This document shows, piece by piece, positions 24,188-33,663 of a stretch of DNA of 33,663 nt. Within the stretch, counting starts at the first letter, position 1, and each line of letters begins with the position of its first letter. Position numbers and translations under genes: made by a program. The DNA comes from a virus (lineage: Duplodnaviria > Caudoviricetes). The notes beneath the pieces are model-generated. The model made no database searches, was not told the DNA's origin, and saw nothing but the letters and a program-made list of their open reading frames with translations. The stretch is taken from IMG/VR virus record IMGVR_UViG_3300037424_001358, positions 1 to 33,663 of that record; one strand, given 5' to 3'.

Positions 24188-24942
24188 GAGAAGCTGCGCA
24201 GGGGTCCACAAGTCGTATTGGAGTCGCTTTCGAAATCCCTTCAGCGCTCCTCCGAGAGGTCGCACCGCTCGCGGATCTAGACTTCGCTCTCGCTCATCGA
24301 GTGCTCGAAGACTGGCCGTACGCGAAGTTCTTTGCTTCGCGAGATCTCGGCCGTGAGCTGATCCTCGACAACAGCTTTCATGAGCTCGGCAAACCTCTCA
24401 CCGTTTTGGAGCTTCACGAAGCTGCGCGTCGCTCTCACGCGGACTACGTCATTGCTCCGGATGTACTCGGAGAACCAGCGAAGAACCTACAGTGGTTCCG
24501 GGAGACTCAAGAAGGGCTTGGCAGCGAGTTCAAGATTGCAGTTGTGGCTTCGGGGAATACTCCGGATGATCGAGCTCGCTTCCTCGACGCAACTGCAGAT
24601 GCTCAGATGCTCTGCATGCCCTACCGGGAGCAGCGTCTAGCGTGGTTTCTTGAGAATCCGGCACGCTGCTCGCGCGTGCACCTCCTAGGAGTTTCGACGC
24701 TCGAAGAAGCTCACGCTTGGACCACCGTCGCGGGTCAATTCCCCCACATTCGATTTTCGATCGACACCTCAAAACCGATCAAGGCGGCGATTCTCGGAAG
24801 GGCGCTCTGCGATGGAGGGTCGCTAAGAGGACTTCCGATCTCTTCGAAAGACCTTCTCGGTCTAACCTCCTTCACCCCCGCGCAGCTCGTTCTGATGTCG
24901 CAGAACGTTCAGGAATTCAGGCGGCGGCTCCAATGTCCATGA
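24184..24942 (+). CDS. TGT-fold, DpdA-like 7-deazaguanine DNA transglycosylase
   Basis: ILDNS, IAPD, HLLG and SIDTS in TGT/DpdA order; co-occurs with folE/queD/queE/queC. Subfamily not assignable by eye. Confidence 0.7.
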   Translation: MREAAQGSTSRIGVAFEIPSALLREVAPLADLDFALAHRVLEDWPYAKFFASRDLGRELILDNSFHELGKPLTVLELHEAARRSHADYVIAPDVLGEPAKNLQWFRETQEGLGSEFKIAVVASGNTPDDRARFLDATADAQMLCMPYREQRLAWFLENPARCSRVHLLGVSTLEEAHAWTTVAGQFPHIRFSIDTSKPIKAAILGRALCDGGSLRGLPISSKDLLGLTSFTPAQLVLMSQNVQEFRRRLQCP

Positions 24943-25286
24943 TTGATTGGTTGTCTGTCGCGAAGCGCTTGGGCTACTCCTCCGAACATGAAATGTGGTT
25001 CAATCTCTACATCATGAAGGAACTGACTTTCTCGGCCCTCGCAAAGCGCTTTAGCGTCAGCCACATCGCGGTTAGAGAAGCGGTGCTTCGAGCACGAATT
25101 CCGATCCGCCCTCGCGGAGGAGCAATGCGAGGACGAGACCCTCGGTGGCCCGACGATGCGGCCTTCCTCAAAGAAGTCGAGCAGACGGGCTACGCTGCTG
25201 TTGCGGAACGCCTGGGTTTTAGCTTTTCTGCCGTCTACAAAAGAACGCGCGCTCTGCGGAAGCCTAAAGCGGCTCCCCCTCAATAG
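24939..25286 (+). CDS. Double-HTH DNA-binding protein, last rightward gene
   Basis: ATGA coupling; FSALAKRFSVSHIAV and YAAVAERLGFSFSAVYK. Confidence 0.75.
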   Translation: MIDWLSVAKRLGYSSEHEMWFNLYIMKELTFSALAKRFSVSHIAVREAVLRARIPIRPRGGAMRGRDPRWPDDAAFLKEVEQTGYAAVAERLGFSFSAVYKRTRALRKPKAAPPQ

Positions 25287-26562
25287 GTAGGTCGAACGCG
25301 TGAATCGGATCCGGCATGTTCGGCAGCGGTGACTCTATCACTTCTAGGTCTGCCGTGCGAAGCGCCGGCTTCGTGACTGTCACGGCTTCTTGAATCTTCC
25401 CCAGAATTACCTGGTCGCTGTCTTCTTCGATCGGTGCAATGACGATCGGATTCGCCCCACCTCTCGAGCCCCTAAAAACAGCATCTCTAAACTGAACGTA
25501 TTCGGCGTCGTTCCGAAAGACGAACGACATCGATAGAAGACGGAGTGCTCGAGCGTTGTGCAAGTAAACCCACGACTCTCCCATTGCCGTTTCGAGACGA
25601 GTCTGCCGATCGTTCCACGAGATCGATCCACCGTAGGCGGGATTGTGGAGAAGATCGAACGACTGGCCTAGTACGACTTCTCCTAGATACGTCAAGGGGC
25701 TTGGATACGGATACCCTTCGAGGAGCAGATTCCAGTAGCGGTGGTCGAGCATCGAGCCGAGCGCCGAATAGAAGCTGTCCGGCTTGATCGTCATCGTTGC
25801 TTCAGTGGCCCACGTCGTTCCATCATCACTGCTCTGCAGCTTCGGAACGATGAACGGAGACAAGTTGTGTCCATGAATCGAGCACCAGTTGTTCAGCGGC
25901 CAAAGGGCTAGATCGTCGAAGTATCCCACTCCTTCGGAGTAGAGGAAGATGCGAAGCGTGACAACGTCATGCTTGCACGTGGAGAAGGGCTCGACCGTGA
26001 AAGGAAGATCTACGTCGCTCCAGCCTGCTGCAACTCCGTCGACAAGAGGAGTGCCAGCGCTTGACATCGATCCGTCTGAAGCAGTCGGAGGAGCCCACGT
26101 GCCGTCGTCCTGCAGGAAGTTTCCTGTTTGTCTGTTCCGGACGAAGACTTGTGCGTGGTTGGAGTCCACCGTATATCCTGCAGAGGCCATGAAGTGGAGC
26201 TGTTCTCCTGCACGGACCCGAATGTCCTGAATCGCGATCATACTTCCGGAGAGAGGAGAGAGCTCCAGCGACGCTGCTCCAGAAACTGCATGCGCTGCAG
26301 ACAGTGCAACGGTTCCCGAAAGGAATGGAGTCCACTCTGTATCATCTCCCGCGACTTCTGCAGAGCCTCCCCTGACTCGATTCAGATCGAAGACAATCGA
26401 AGAGTCTAGCTGCGCAACAGAAAAAATCGCAGGGAGTGCGCTTCGATTGTCTCTAAGATTCCCTACAGGGAATGTCGCAACTGCCGCAGGATCCATTATG
26501 GGTTCTGCCGCGGCAAGAACAAGACTGTTCATGTACGGGCCTGCAAGAACCTTGAAACTCAT
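25264..26562 (-). CDS. Tail protein (Dit-like C-terminus with beta-sandwich/carbohydrate-binding-like inserts)
   Basis: GAGG then ATG 26562 (MSFKVL); YFDDL and LQSSDDGTTW..RYW motifs; in the tail operon. Confidence 0.65.
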   Translation of the reverse strand: MSFKVLAGPYMNSLVLAAAEPIMDPAAVATFPVGNLRDNRSALPAIFSVAQLDSSIVFDLNRVRGGSAEVAGDDTEWTPFLSGTVALSAAHAVSGAASLELSPLSGSMIAIQDIRVRAGEQLHFMASAGYTVDSNHAQVFVRNRQTGNFLQDDGTWAPPTASDGSMSSAGTPLVDGVAAGWSDVDLPFTVEPFSTCKHDVVTLRIFLYSEGVGYFDDLALWPLNNWCSIHGHNLSPFIVPKLQSSDDGTTWATEATMTIKPDSFYSALGSMLDHRYWNLLLEGYPYPSPLTYLGEVVLGQSFDLLHNPAYGGSISWNDRQTRLETAMGESWVYLHNARALRLLSMSFVFRNDAEYVQFRDAVFRGSRGGANPIVIAPIEEDSDQVILGKIQEAVTVTKPALRTADLEVIESPLPNMPDPIHAFDLPIEGEPL

Positions 26563-26564
26563 TC

Positions 26565-28247
26565 TCAATACCTCAGAAGCTCTTCGTCTGTCGGACAGTG
26601 TTCGCCGATTGTGAGGTCCGTAATGTGAGAGTCGAAGCCCGCAGTTAGAGAGACTCCGTCGTTCGGGGTCGACCCAAGATAGACTCCACAAGAGGAGAGA
26701 ATAGAAGGAGCGCCCGCAGCGCTTACTCCAACCCCTTTAACTTCATCCACCCACAGGTCGAGAGCTTGCCCGACCAGGCCGAGCTCGTTTGACTCTGTCC
26801 ACCTTCCGATGATCGTGAGGAGGTCTTCGGCTTGGGGAAGCGTTCCCGTAGTCGTAAGGAGAACCGCTCCGGTGAAAGCAGTCACATCGGAAGACTCGAA
26901 GATCCATGCTCCATTTGTTTCGTCCACCCGAATATAGAAGCATCGGAAGAAGTTTGTGTTGTCGCCTTCATCGAAGTCTGCACACCAGACGTACTTTCTT
27001 TCCGAGTCGACAAGATCCTCATGACTCCAGTGAAGGCGTGCTGTGAGCTTGACGAAGCCAGTCTGCGGAGAGAGAACCCTCACTGCGGAGTCGTTCGCGA
27101 TTCGAACTCTGTCCATCAACCTCGTGACTGCAGTGGCTTTCGTCGGAAGAGGAGAGCGCCAGCGGCAGTAGGGGCCCGTATCCGCGGTCATCTCGAGAAG
27201 CTCTACTCCCTGCAGCTGTGTGATTTGGCCTCCGTTGTAGACGGCACTGAAGTGCCCCACGCTGACCGTTAGGTTCGTGGTTGCCGCTGAGAGGTCAAGC
27301 TGCTTCGAGACCCAGCGGTTCGATCCGACCACCCCGCTCTTCGGAGAGATAGGATTGTCGACGGCCCCAGCTTGCCACGAGCCGTCGGACTCGCGCCAGT
27401 ACGTGGAGTCGTCTGAGCGCTGAATTCGGATTACGAGGTCGTCAACTGCTCCACCATTCTTGTAGAAGACGCGAGCGTAGAGCTTCTTCCCACCTACGGT
27501 GGAAACGGTCTGGCTGAGATAGGAGGCTTCTCCCGTCGCGTAGGTGGCGAGCGTGCAGGCGCGTCGGTAGCCGGTTGCGTCGATCAGAGTGTAGAGGGCC
27601 CAGCTTACGGCAATGGCCGAGCCACTTGTCGTTGTCGTCCACGACGTGAAGACATCTCCAGTCCCTTCGCTGAACGCACTATTCAGGAGGAGGTTTACGT
27701 CGCCCCCTCCCTGCACGAGCAGTCCGAACCCATCGATCACAGGAGTGTTGACCGCAACAGCCTGGAACGTTTCGTCGTTGCCTGGACGTTCGCCGAAGGC
27801 GATCTGTGCACGTGCCGTGGTCCAGCCTCCGGCCTGATCGATGATGGGGATCCCGTTCAGATCGTCGGTCATTCCAATGTCCGTGAGGAGCGGACTCCAC
27901 CACGTACAGTAAACGAGCCTCAAGTCCAGACAGCGCAGCTCGATTTTTGCGGGCTGAACGTGATCCGTTACACTGACAACGTACAGAGGTGCGAGGTTCC
28001 AGGGCTCCGTTCCACGAACGATCCTTGGAAGAAGTTGATGGTCCATGTAGATCGTGTCCCCGGGCTCCAAGTCTCCGTAGAGCGGGGGACATTCGGAGAA
28101 GACGTAGAGGAGAGGATGGCGGAGAAGCCTGAGCTGCATCGAAAGACTCGAACGCACAGAGTCCGAAACAGTGAGCTTCGGAATCCGCTTCGCGATTGCG
28201 TCGGAAGCGACTCCGAAGTCTTGAATTGAGCGAAAAACATCAGTCAT
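26565..28247 (-). CDS. Tail/baseplate protein with beta-rich, carbohydrate-binding-like domains
   Basis: 560 aa, T/S/G/D-rich; NLLLNSAF and PTKATAVTR motifs typical of virion proteins. Confidence 0.7.
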   Translation of the reverse strand: MTDVFRSIQDFGVASDAIAKRIPKLTVSDSVRSSLSMQLRLLRHPLLYVFSECPPLYGDLEPGDTIYMDHQLLPRIVRGTEPWNLAPLYVVSVTDHVQPAKIELRCLDLRLVYCTWWSPLLTDIGMTDDLNGIPIIDQAGGWTTARAQIAFGERPGNDETFQAVAVNTPVIDGFGLLVQGGGDVNLLLNSAFSEGTGDVFTSWTTTTSGSAIAVSWALYTLIDATGYRRACTLATYATGEASYLSQTVSTVGGKKLYARVFYKNGGAVDDLVIRIQRSDDSTYWRESDGSWQAGAVDNPISPKSGVVGSNRWVSKQLDLSAATTNLTVSVGHFSAVYNGGQITQLQGVELLEMTADTGPYCRWRSPLPTKATAVTRLMDRVRIANDSAVRVLSPQTGFVKLTARLHWSHEDLVDSERKYVWCADFDEGDNTNFFRCFYIRVDETNGAWIFESSDVTAFTGAVLLTTTGTLPQAEDLLTIIGRWTESNELGLVGQALDLWVDEVKGVGVSAAGAPSILSSCGVYLGSTPNDGVSLTAGFDSHITDLTIGEHCPTDEELLRY

Positions 28248-28259
28248 AGAGCTTGCGCC

Positions 28260-28787
28260 TTATGCAGAAAGCACGAGCGAGTAGGTGACTTCGTAGGAGT
28301 CTCCATTCACGAGCTCGTCCACGAAGTCACTAAAAACCTGCCTTCCGAGCATCACTCCTGATGTGGCAGCCGTGAAGATGGCAGCCTCTGCAACGTCGAG
28401 ATCTCCTGTGATCGTGAACGTCTTCACGAGCGTCAGAGTGTCGTTCTCCACGTTCGTCGTGGCGTAAGCTGCCGCTGCGAGGGCTCGCTCTCCTCCGTTC
28501 GTCACGATCTCCGCTTCGAGTGTCGTATCGGTGGGATCCGGAGCGGTCGTTCCTGTTCCGAGTCCTATGTAGAGGAAGGGAACTGTTTCGAGGCCTCCGG
28601 CAAGTCCAACAAGGTGGACAAAGCCTGCATTGACAATGAGATTCGGGCCCTTGTGTTTCTTCACCAGGACTCCCTGGTGGAACTGCTTGAAGGTGAAGAA
28701 GCCTGCGGCCCGAAGGCTGCTCCGCGCAGCACGTTGTGGAGGCTTCCACCCGTACATCGCAGAAAAGATCGACTGTGCCTTGCTCAT
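28260..28787 (-). CDS. Tail/baseplate protein
   Basis: NLIVNAG..YIGLGTGTTAP..TDTTLEAE..EAAIF motif typical of tail fibre/baseplate proteins. Confidence 0.8.
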   Translation of the reverse strand: MSKAQSIFSAMYGWKPPQRAARSSLRAAGFFTFKQFHQGVLVKKHKGPNLIVNAGFVHLVGLAGGLETVPFLYIGLGTGTTAPDPTDTTLEAEIVTNGGERALAAAAYATTNVENDTLTLVKTFTITGDLDVAEAAIFTAATSGVMLGRQVFSDFVDELVNGDSYEVTYSLVLSA

Positions 28788-28801
28788 TCTTCATCCTCTC
28801 T

Positions 28802-30163
28802 TTAGACTTGTCTCGCTGGAGACCAATACATGTCGACCGTCGAGTCTGAAAGGACGTCGACACTCAAATCCTGAACGGCAAGGTTCCGAAGGAAGGTCTG
28901 CTGGACTTCATCGTATAAGAACTGCGCGCTGATCTTCCGGGTCAGGTCTGCAGTGTCGGACTCGTAGCGGAAAGAGTTTTCGAATTCATTCTCCGGACGA
29001 AGAAGGGGCTTCGTCGAGTTCCAGTAGCCGGGCCACCGAAGGGAGCAGATTCGGAGGGCGATTTTTCCATCCGCAGTCCAGTGCGCCTTGAACATCGGAA
29101 AGGACTCGAGCCACTCTTGGAGGATGTCGAGAACGCGTCGGGGTGAGCCCCCGATGAAGCGACTCCCTTCGAGGCCGAGAGAGTCGGCGTAAGCCGCTGC
29201 AATGTTCCAGGAAGGTCCATCGATGATTGAAGCGGCAGTGGCCCAAGATCCTGGGTTGTAGCCCTTCGACCTATTCACAGCGAAGTTCACGAGGAAATGC
29301 CGAATCTGCTTGACCGGGTTCGTAAGGACGGCTGCCCCATTGTAGATGCCATCATTGACTGCAGCGTAGCCGTAGGCATCCACTGTGACGATTTCACCCT
29401 CCGCAGGGAAGCTGCCCGGAACGAACTCAACAATCGTCCAGATCTTGCCTCCGGCATACGATCCGTAAATCTTGTTGTAGTGAGTGGTTTCGGTCTTCTT
29501 CACGTCTGCGACGTACACGTCTTTCACAAGATCGCCCGGACCGAGGTGCACTGCATACCACGCGTTCGCTCCGATCCAGACCGGCACTGTCGGAAGCATC
29601 CCCTTCCCACTCAGGCCGGTCGAGTCGTGCTTCCCGTAGAGCAGAGCACTGAGCTCCCCCACGAATTCCGGATCCATCGAAAACCACTCACCCTGGAGGT
29701 AAGGCCATGCAGGCCAGAAGGAGCGGAGTGCTCGTTCGTCCGTCTGGAGGTTCAGTTGAACCTGTCCTGGAAGGTATTCCCAGGAGTCAAGAAGTCCAGT
29801 GAAGCATGTGGCGTAGTCGAGCGTCGATCCCGGAATCACGCGGTAGAGAACCGCAGGACTGTTCCGTTGCTCTCCTGCGAGCAGTGCTGCGCGGACTTTC
29901 CCATCCGGGTCAGCGAGCGTCACATTCGTGCTCAGGCCACTTAATCCAGAAGCCTGCACGTCGAAGGCTTTCGTAAAGCTTCCCCAGCCTCCATCTACAA
30001 CACGTACGTCGTAGCTCTTTCCTCGAGCGGAGACGGCCGAGTCTGAAACATTAAGCTGGACTCCTTCATTCCACCCCGCAACGTTCAACGTCACCTCGAG
30101 AGCAGGGCAGGCAACGGAAGGATCCGCCGCGATGAGAGAGGCGAACTGTCCATGAAAGCTCAT
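28802..30163 (-). CDS. Tail tip/hub-like protein
   Basis: Coupled directly behind the tape measure gene; 453 aa. Confidence 0.7.
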   Translation of the reverse strand: MSFHGQFASLIAADPSVACPALEVTLNVAGWNEGVQLNVSDSAVSARGKSYDVRVVDGGWGSFTKAFDVQASGLSGLSTNVTLADPDGKVRAALLAGEQRNSPAVLYRVIPGSTLDYATCFTGLLDSWEYLPGQVQLNLQTDERALRSFWPAWPYLQGEWFSMDPEFVGELSALLYGKHDSTGLSGKGMLPTVPVWIGANAWYAVHLGPGDLVKDVYVADVKKTETTHYNKIYGSYAGGKIWTIVEFVPGSFPAEGEIVTVDAYGYAAVNDGIYNGAAVLTNPVKQIRHFLVNFAVNRSKGYNPGSWATAASIIDGPSWNIAAAYADSLGLEGSRFIGGSPRRVLDILQEWLESFPMFKAHWTADGKIALRICSLRWPGYWNSTKPLLRPENEFENSFRYESDTADLTRKISAQFLYDEVQQTFLRNLAVQDLSVDVLSDSTVDMYWSPARQV

Positions 30164-33100
30164 CCGCGTTGGCCCTCCCGGAGCACCTTCTTCATCAGTG
30201 GGTTGTTTCGAGCTTCCCGGAAGAACTGCTTGACGAGGAACTTTCCAAGATCTCCGCGAGCTGCGTTGCTCTGCAACGGGTCAATGTGGAAGCTCGAGTT
30301 GAAGGTCACTGAAGAGCCTCCTCCAGGAGCCTGCTCCCCTCGCGGAGTGACGTCGACGCGCTCCGGTCCTGCTTCTCCAACGAGGAGGCGAGTGGGTCTC
30401 CGCACGATTGCATGGAAGCCTGTGGCTGCTTCGTAGTCGGGAGAAGTACGATGCGTTGCATTGTCAGTGTTTTCTGAATCACCGTCCGGATTGTCCGGAT
30501 TGGGTCGATTCCTGAACGTGTCCGTATAGACCGTGTTCACGTTTACGGTCCGGTCCGGGATTCCGAGGAGCGCATTGACGAGGGTGTCAATCCGTTCAAT
30601 CAGGCTCGTGAACATGTCGCTCATTGTCTGAGCGTATGTGATCCCTGCCGCTTCGGCCGACGCGTACGCATTTCCATTTTCGTCGAGGAGCGTTCCGTTC
30701 AGAATCATTGCATCGATCACGGGCTTCATCGCAATGGGAATCTGAGCTCCCGCTTTCAGAGCTGTCTGAATGTACTCGTTCATGTTCGGCGACATCTTCT
30801 GGATGACAGTGTTCACATCGATGCCGCTTGCAGTGAGAAGCTTGTAGTCCTGAAGAAGTTCTCCTGCCATCTCGTCAAGACGCTGCTGCTTGAACTTCGG
30901 ACCTAGCTCCTCGATCGTGAAGCCGTATTTGTCGATTGCTTCCTGAAGCGCCGCGTTCGCCTCGTTCCAGTTCTGCAACTTCTCCTGAATCCCGACAATT
31001 GCCTTCTCGAGGTCCTTTGCGTTCTTCGCTTTGAACATCTTGTCCAAGGAGATCCCGGCTTCTTTCGCTGTTGCTTCAAGCTGCTTCAAGCCGCCGACGG
31101 ACTGAAGGAACTGCTCCTTCAGCTGCTTCATCTCCTCCTTGGCCTTCTTGCTCGCTCCGATGAGTCCTCCGATTGCTCCGACGACTCCGCCGATTGCTGT
31201 TCCGATGCCCGGAGCAATCATCGTTCCGATTGCTGCTCCTGCTCCTGCTCCCGACAGGGCCCCTCCGAGCTTGCTCGTAGGACTGAAGAGGGAGCCTGCT
31301 GCGGAAAGGGCTCCAGCGACCGCCATTCCCTTTCCCTTCGAAGTACCCATGCCTCCTGCAGCTTGTACATCCTGAATCGTCTTACTGATCCGAGAGAGTG
31401 ATTGGCTGATTCGGTCTGCAGCGTCTCCTGCGCTCGCCGACAGACTACTGAAGAACTCTGAAGCTCCGCTGAAGACTCCGGCCCAGTCGATCTTCTTAAT
31501 CCCTTCGAGCTGCAGGCGTGCCTTGATAAGCTGAGCAACAGCCTTCGCGAGCTCCGGGCTAAGCGGAGCGAGCGACATGATGAGCTTCTCTGCCTCATCA
31601 GTATTCTCGACAAAGAGCTGCTTTGCCTCTTCTCCGTGCCCCTGAAGCTGCTTGAAGAACTCCGTCCCCGTAGTAGCGGCGTCCGCCATTCCGTCTTTCG
31701 TCTTATCCCCGATTTCATCGAGGTACTTCGTTACGATATCCGCAGCGGCTGTGATCTTCCCACTCGATGTGAGATCTCCGAAGATCGACGTGATAAGCCC
31801 GTCTCCTATCTCCTTCGCTGCCGGTGCCGCGTTCTCTGAGGCGTCTCGAACAGCCTTCATGAACGTAAGAATCGTCTTATCCCCGAGCGCCTTCATGTCC
31901 CCGCCCTGGCGCTGAGCCATCATACCGAAAGATTGCTGAAGGCTCATCATATCCTGCATGCCGGGAATGTCAGGACCGATCCCGAAGGCTACGTTCATCG
32001 TCTTCACACGGTCTTCAGCCGCTTCCATCGCCTCGGTGAGCTTCTCAAGCTCTTCAGTCGCCTTGCTAAACCTGAGCCACCGTGCAACAACGTCATCAGC
32101 GACTTTGGTCGCTGCAGCAGAGAAACTCTGTCCGCTTGCTCGAGCAACTCCGATCTGCTCTGCAAGGCCGGCGAGCTGGTCTTCCGTAACGCGGCTCGCA
32201 TCGCCGAGAGCCTCAAGACTTGCCGGAAGCGCTGCAGTCACGGAGGCAGAAGCAAGGCCCTTCCATGCAAGGACGTTCGAAGCGATCTGACTCGCTGTTT
32301 CGGCGAGGGCCGCTTTGAGCTTCTTCTGAGCTTCAATCTCCTTTGCGATGTAGCCGGCCTGTCCTGGCCCTGCAGCGGCTCGCAGTTGCTCTTGAATCTG
32401 AGCCTGTCGTGCCGACTGATCTGCTGCTTCGAGAGCCTTGCGCGCTGCTCCTGCAATTCCCCCGGACAGCGCAAAAACAACCTTCGCCTGACGTTCTTGT
32501 GCGCGTGTCGCCTCAACCGTGCTCACTGCAAGCACATGCTCAGACAGCGCAAGATCCCCAAGAGGCTTGTCGAGGCCGAGAGCCTTCCCGGCGTTCTCCT
32601 TCACTGCCGCTTCGCGCTGCTCGGTGAGCTTAGCAACAATTGCGGAGTCAGTCCACTTCGCCGCTTCTGAGGTCTTTCTGAGCGCTGCATCGACCTTCTG
32701 AATCTCGTCGTGGATCTCCTTCATCTTTGCTTGCCACGCGGACATCGTCAGAACTGTTCTCTTGCCCGCGGCATCCTGCTCGTACATCGAGTTGACAATC
32801 TTCTTATTGATCTCTTCAATACCGTATTGCTGCAAGGCCCAGTCGTAGAAGAGATCTCCGAGCTCCGAGGCTTTCTTCGCGACTGCGTCGAAAGCTCCAA
32901 CCCACGTGTTGTTGAGCTTGATCGCGATCGAGTCAATCCAGTCTGCAATTCCTCCGAAGAGCTGATGGTAGAGAGCGTTGACCTGACCCGGAATCCCCTT
33001 GAAGACGTCTCCGAGAAGAATCCACGCTCCTTTCAGTAAGCCGACTTTCGCAACAGCGTCCCGCGTTGCGTCGTTGACTCCTCGAACCTTATCCCCTGCG

Positions 33101-33663
33101 GCAAGAAGTGAGCTGCCGAGAGCCGTGCCCATCGCCCAGCCGGCTTTAGCAACAAGGCCCATTGTTAGAGAAAGGCCGACGAAGCCCAGGCCGAGCTTCG
33201 AAGTGTGAGTCGTGGCAACAGAAATGACTTTTCCTATTCCACTCATCACAGTTCCGAGGATGCTCGGAATTTTCGAAACGGCTGAAGTCGCTGTCGAGAT
33301 AGCGGCTCCAGAAACTTTCGCTAGAGCCGTGCCGGCACCCTTTCCAATCAAGTCGAAGGCCTTCGGAACCTGCGCTAGCGTTGCGGTGACTCCTTTCCAC
33401 CCGAGACTCATTCCGGAGGTCAAGGCGATCTGTCCGACCTTCAACGCAGCCGTCTGCATTCCGAGCTGACCGAGAACGTAGCCAAGTCCTCCGATCGCGA
33501 CGTTCAGAATCTTAATCGCGGCTCCGCCGGAGACGAGAGTCCAAAGCACTGATGCAAGCTTCAAGATGACTATGCTCGAAGTCGAAACGATGAAGAGCAG
33601 GGCTTGCAGCCCGAGCACGAGTCCGGCAACCATGACGATCGCGCCTCGAACGACATTCGGAAT
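30160..33663 (-). CDS. Tail tape measure protein, 5'-partial
   Basis: Frame open to the window end, >1160 aa, Ala/Gly-rich helical, glycine-zipper segment, C-terminal A.G..V..PT..LVGEAGPERV motif. Confidence 0.92.
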   Translation of the reverse strand: MPNVVRGAIVMVAGLVLGLQALLFIVSTSSIVILKLASVLWTLVSGGAAIKILNVAIGGLGYVLGQLGMQTAALKVGQIALTSGMSLGWKGVTATLAQVPKAFDLIGKGAGTALAKVSGAAISTATSAVSKIPSILGTVMSGIGKVISVATTHTSKLGLGFVGLSLTMGLVAKAGWAMGTALGSSLLAAGDKVRGVNDATRDAVAKVGLLKGAWILLGDVFKGIPGQVNALYHQLFGGIADWIDSIAIKLNNTWVGAFDAVAKKASELGDLFYDWALQQYGIEEINKKIVNSMYEQDAAGKRTVLTMSAWQAKMKEIHDEIQKVDAALRKTSEAAKWTDSAIVAKLTEQREAAVKENAGKALGLDKPLGDLALSEHVLAVSTVEATRAQERQAKVVFALSGGIAGAARKALEAADQSARQAQIQEQLRAAAGPGQAGYIAKEIEAQKKLKAALAETASQIASNVLAWKGLASASVTAALPASLEALGDASRVTEDQLAGLAEQIGVARASGQSFSAAATKVADDVVARWLRFSKATEELEKLTEAMEAAEDRVKTMNVAFGIGPDIPGMQDMMSLQQSFGMMAQRQGGDMKALGDKTILTFMKAVRDASENAAPAAKEIGDGLITSIFGDLTSSGKITAAADIVTKYLDEIGDKTKDGMADAATTGTEFFKQLQGHGEEAKQLFVENTDEAEKLIMSLAPLSPELAKAVAQLIKARLQLEGIKKIDWAGVFSGASEFFSSLSASAGDAADRISQSLSRISKTIQDVQAAGGMGTSKGKGMAVAGALSAAGSLFSPTSKLGGALSGAGAGAAIGTMIAPGIGTAIGGVVGAIGGLIGASKKAKEEMKQLKEQFLQSVGGLKQLEATAKEAGISLDKMFKAKNAKDLEKAIVGIQEKLQNWNEANAALQEAIDKYGFTIEELGPKFKQQRLDEMAGELLQDYKLLTASGIDVNTVIQKMSPNMNEYIQTALKAGAQIPIAMKPVIDAMILNGTLLDENGNAYASAEAAGITYAQTMSDMFTSLIERIDTLVNALLGIPDRTVNVNTVYTDTFRNRPNPDNPDGDSENTDNATHRTSPDYEAATGFHAIVRRPTRLLVGEAGPERVDVTPRGEQAPGGGSSVTFNSSFHIDPLQSNAARGDLGKFLVKQFFREARNNPLMKKVLREGQRG

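Noticed and set aside
31160-31260. CCGATTGCT / GCTCCT short repeats
   Set aside because: Explained by the glycine-zipper coding segment of the tape measure protein.

Overview
A 33.7-kb segment of a tailed dsDNA phage (or prophage). 1-6430: tightly packed small + strand hypothetical genes. 7071-7217: a symmetric pair of divergent sigma70-type promoters with GGACGCC boxes between them. 7242-25286: a long rightward early/middle region containing an array of four structured ncRNAs, a Ro60/TROVE-vWA-like gene, a Cas4-like nuclease/Sak4-like ATPase/SSB module, dispersed 7-deazaguanine genes (queC, queD, queE, folE, dpdA-like), a DUF5664-like diphosphohydrolase and a UDG-PolA fusion polymerase. 25264-33663: converging tail genes and a tape measure gene cut by the window edge. 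The standout is 7922-8368: four tandem RNAs share one covarying scaffold just upstream of the Ro60-like gene, and two of them contain complete circularly permuted tRNA cloverleaves that keep anticodon loops (Pro-UGG and Lys-UUU). All protein calls come from motif recognition by eye; no database searches were run.
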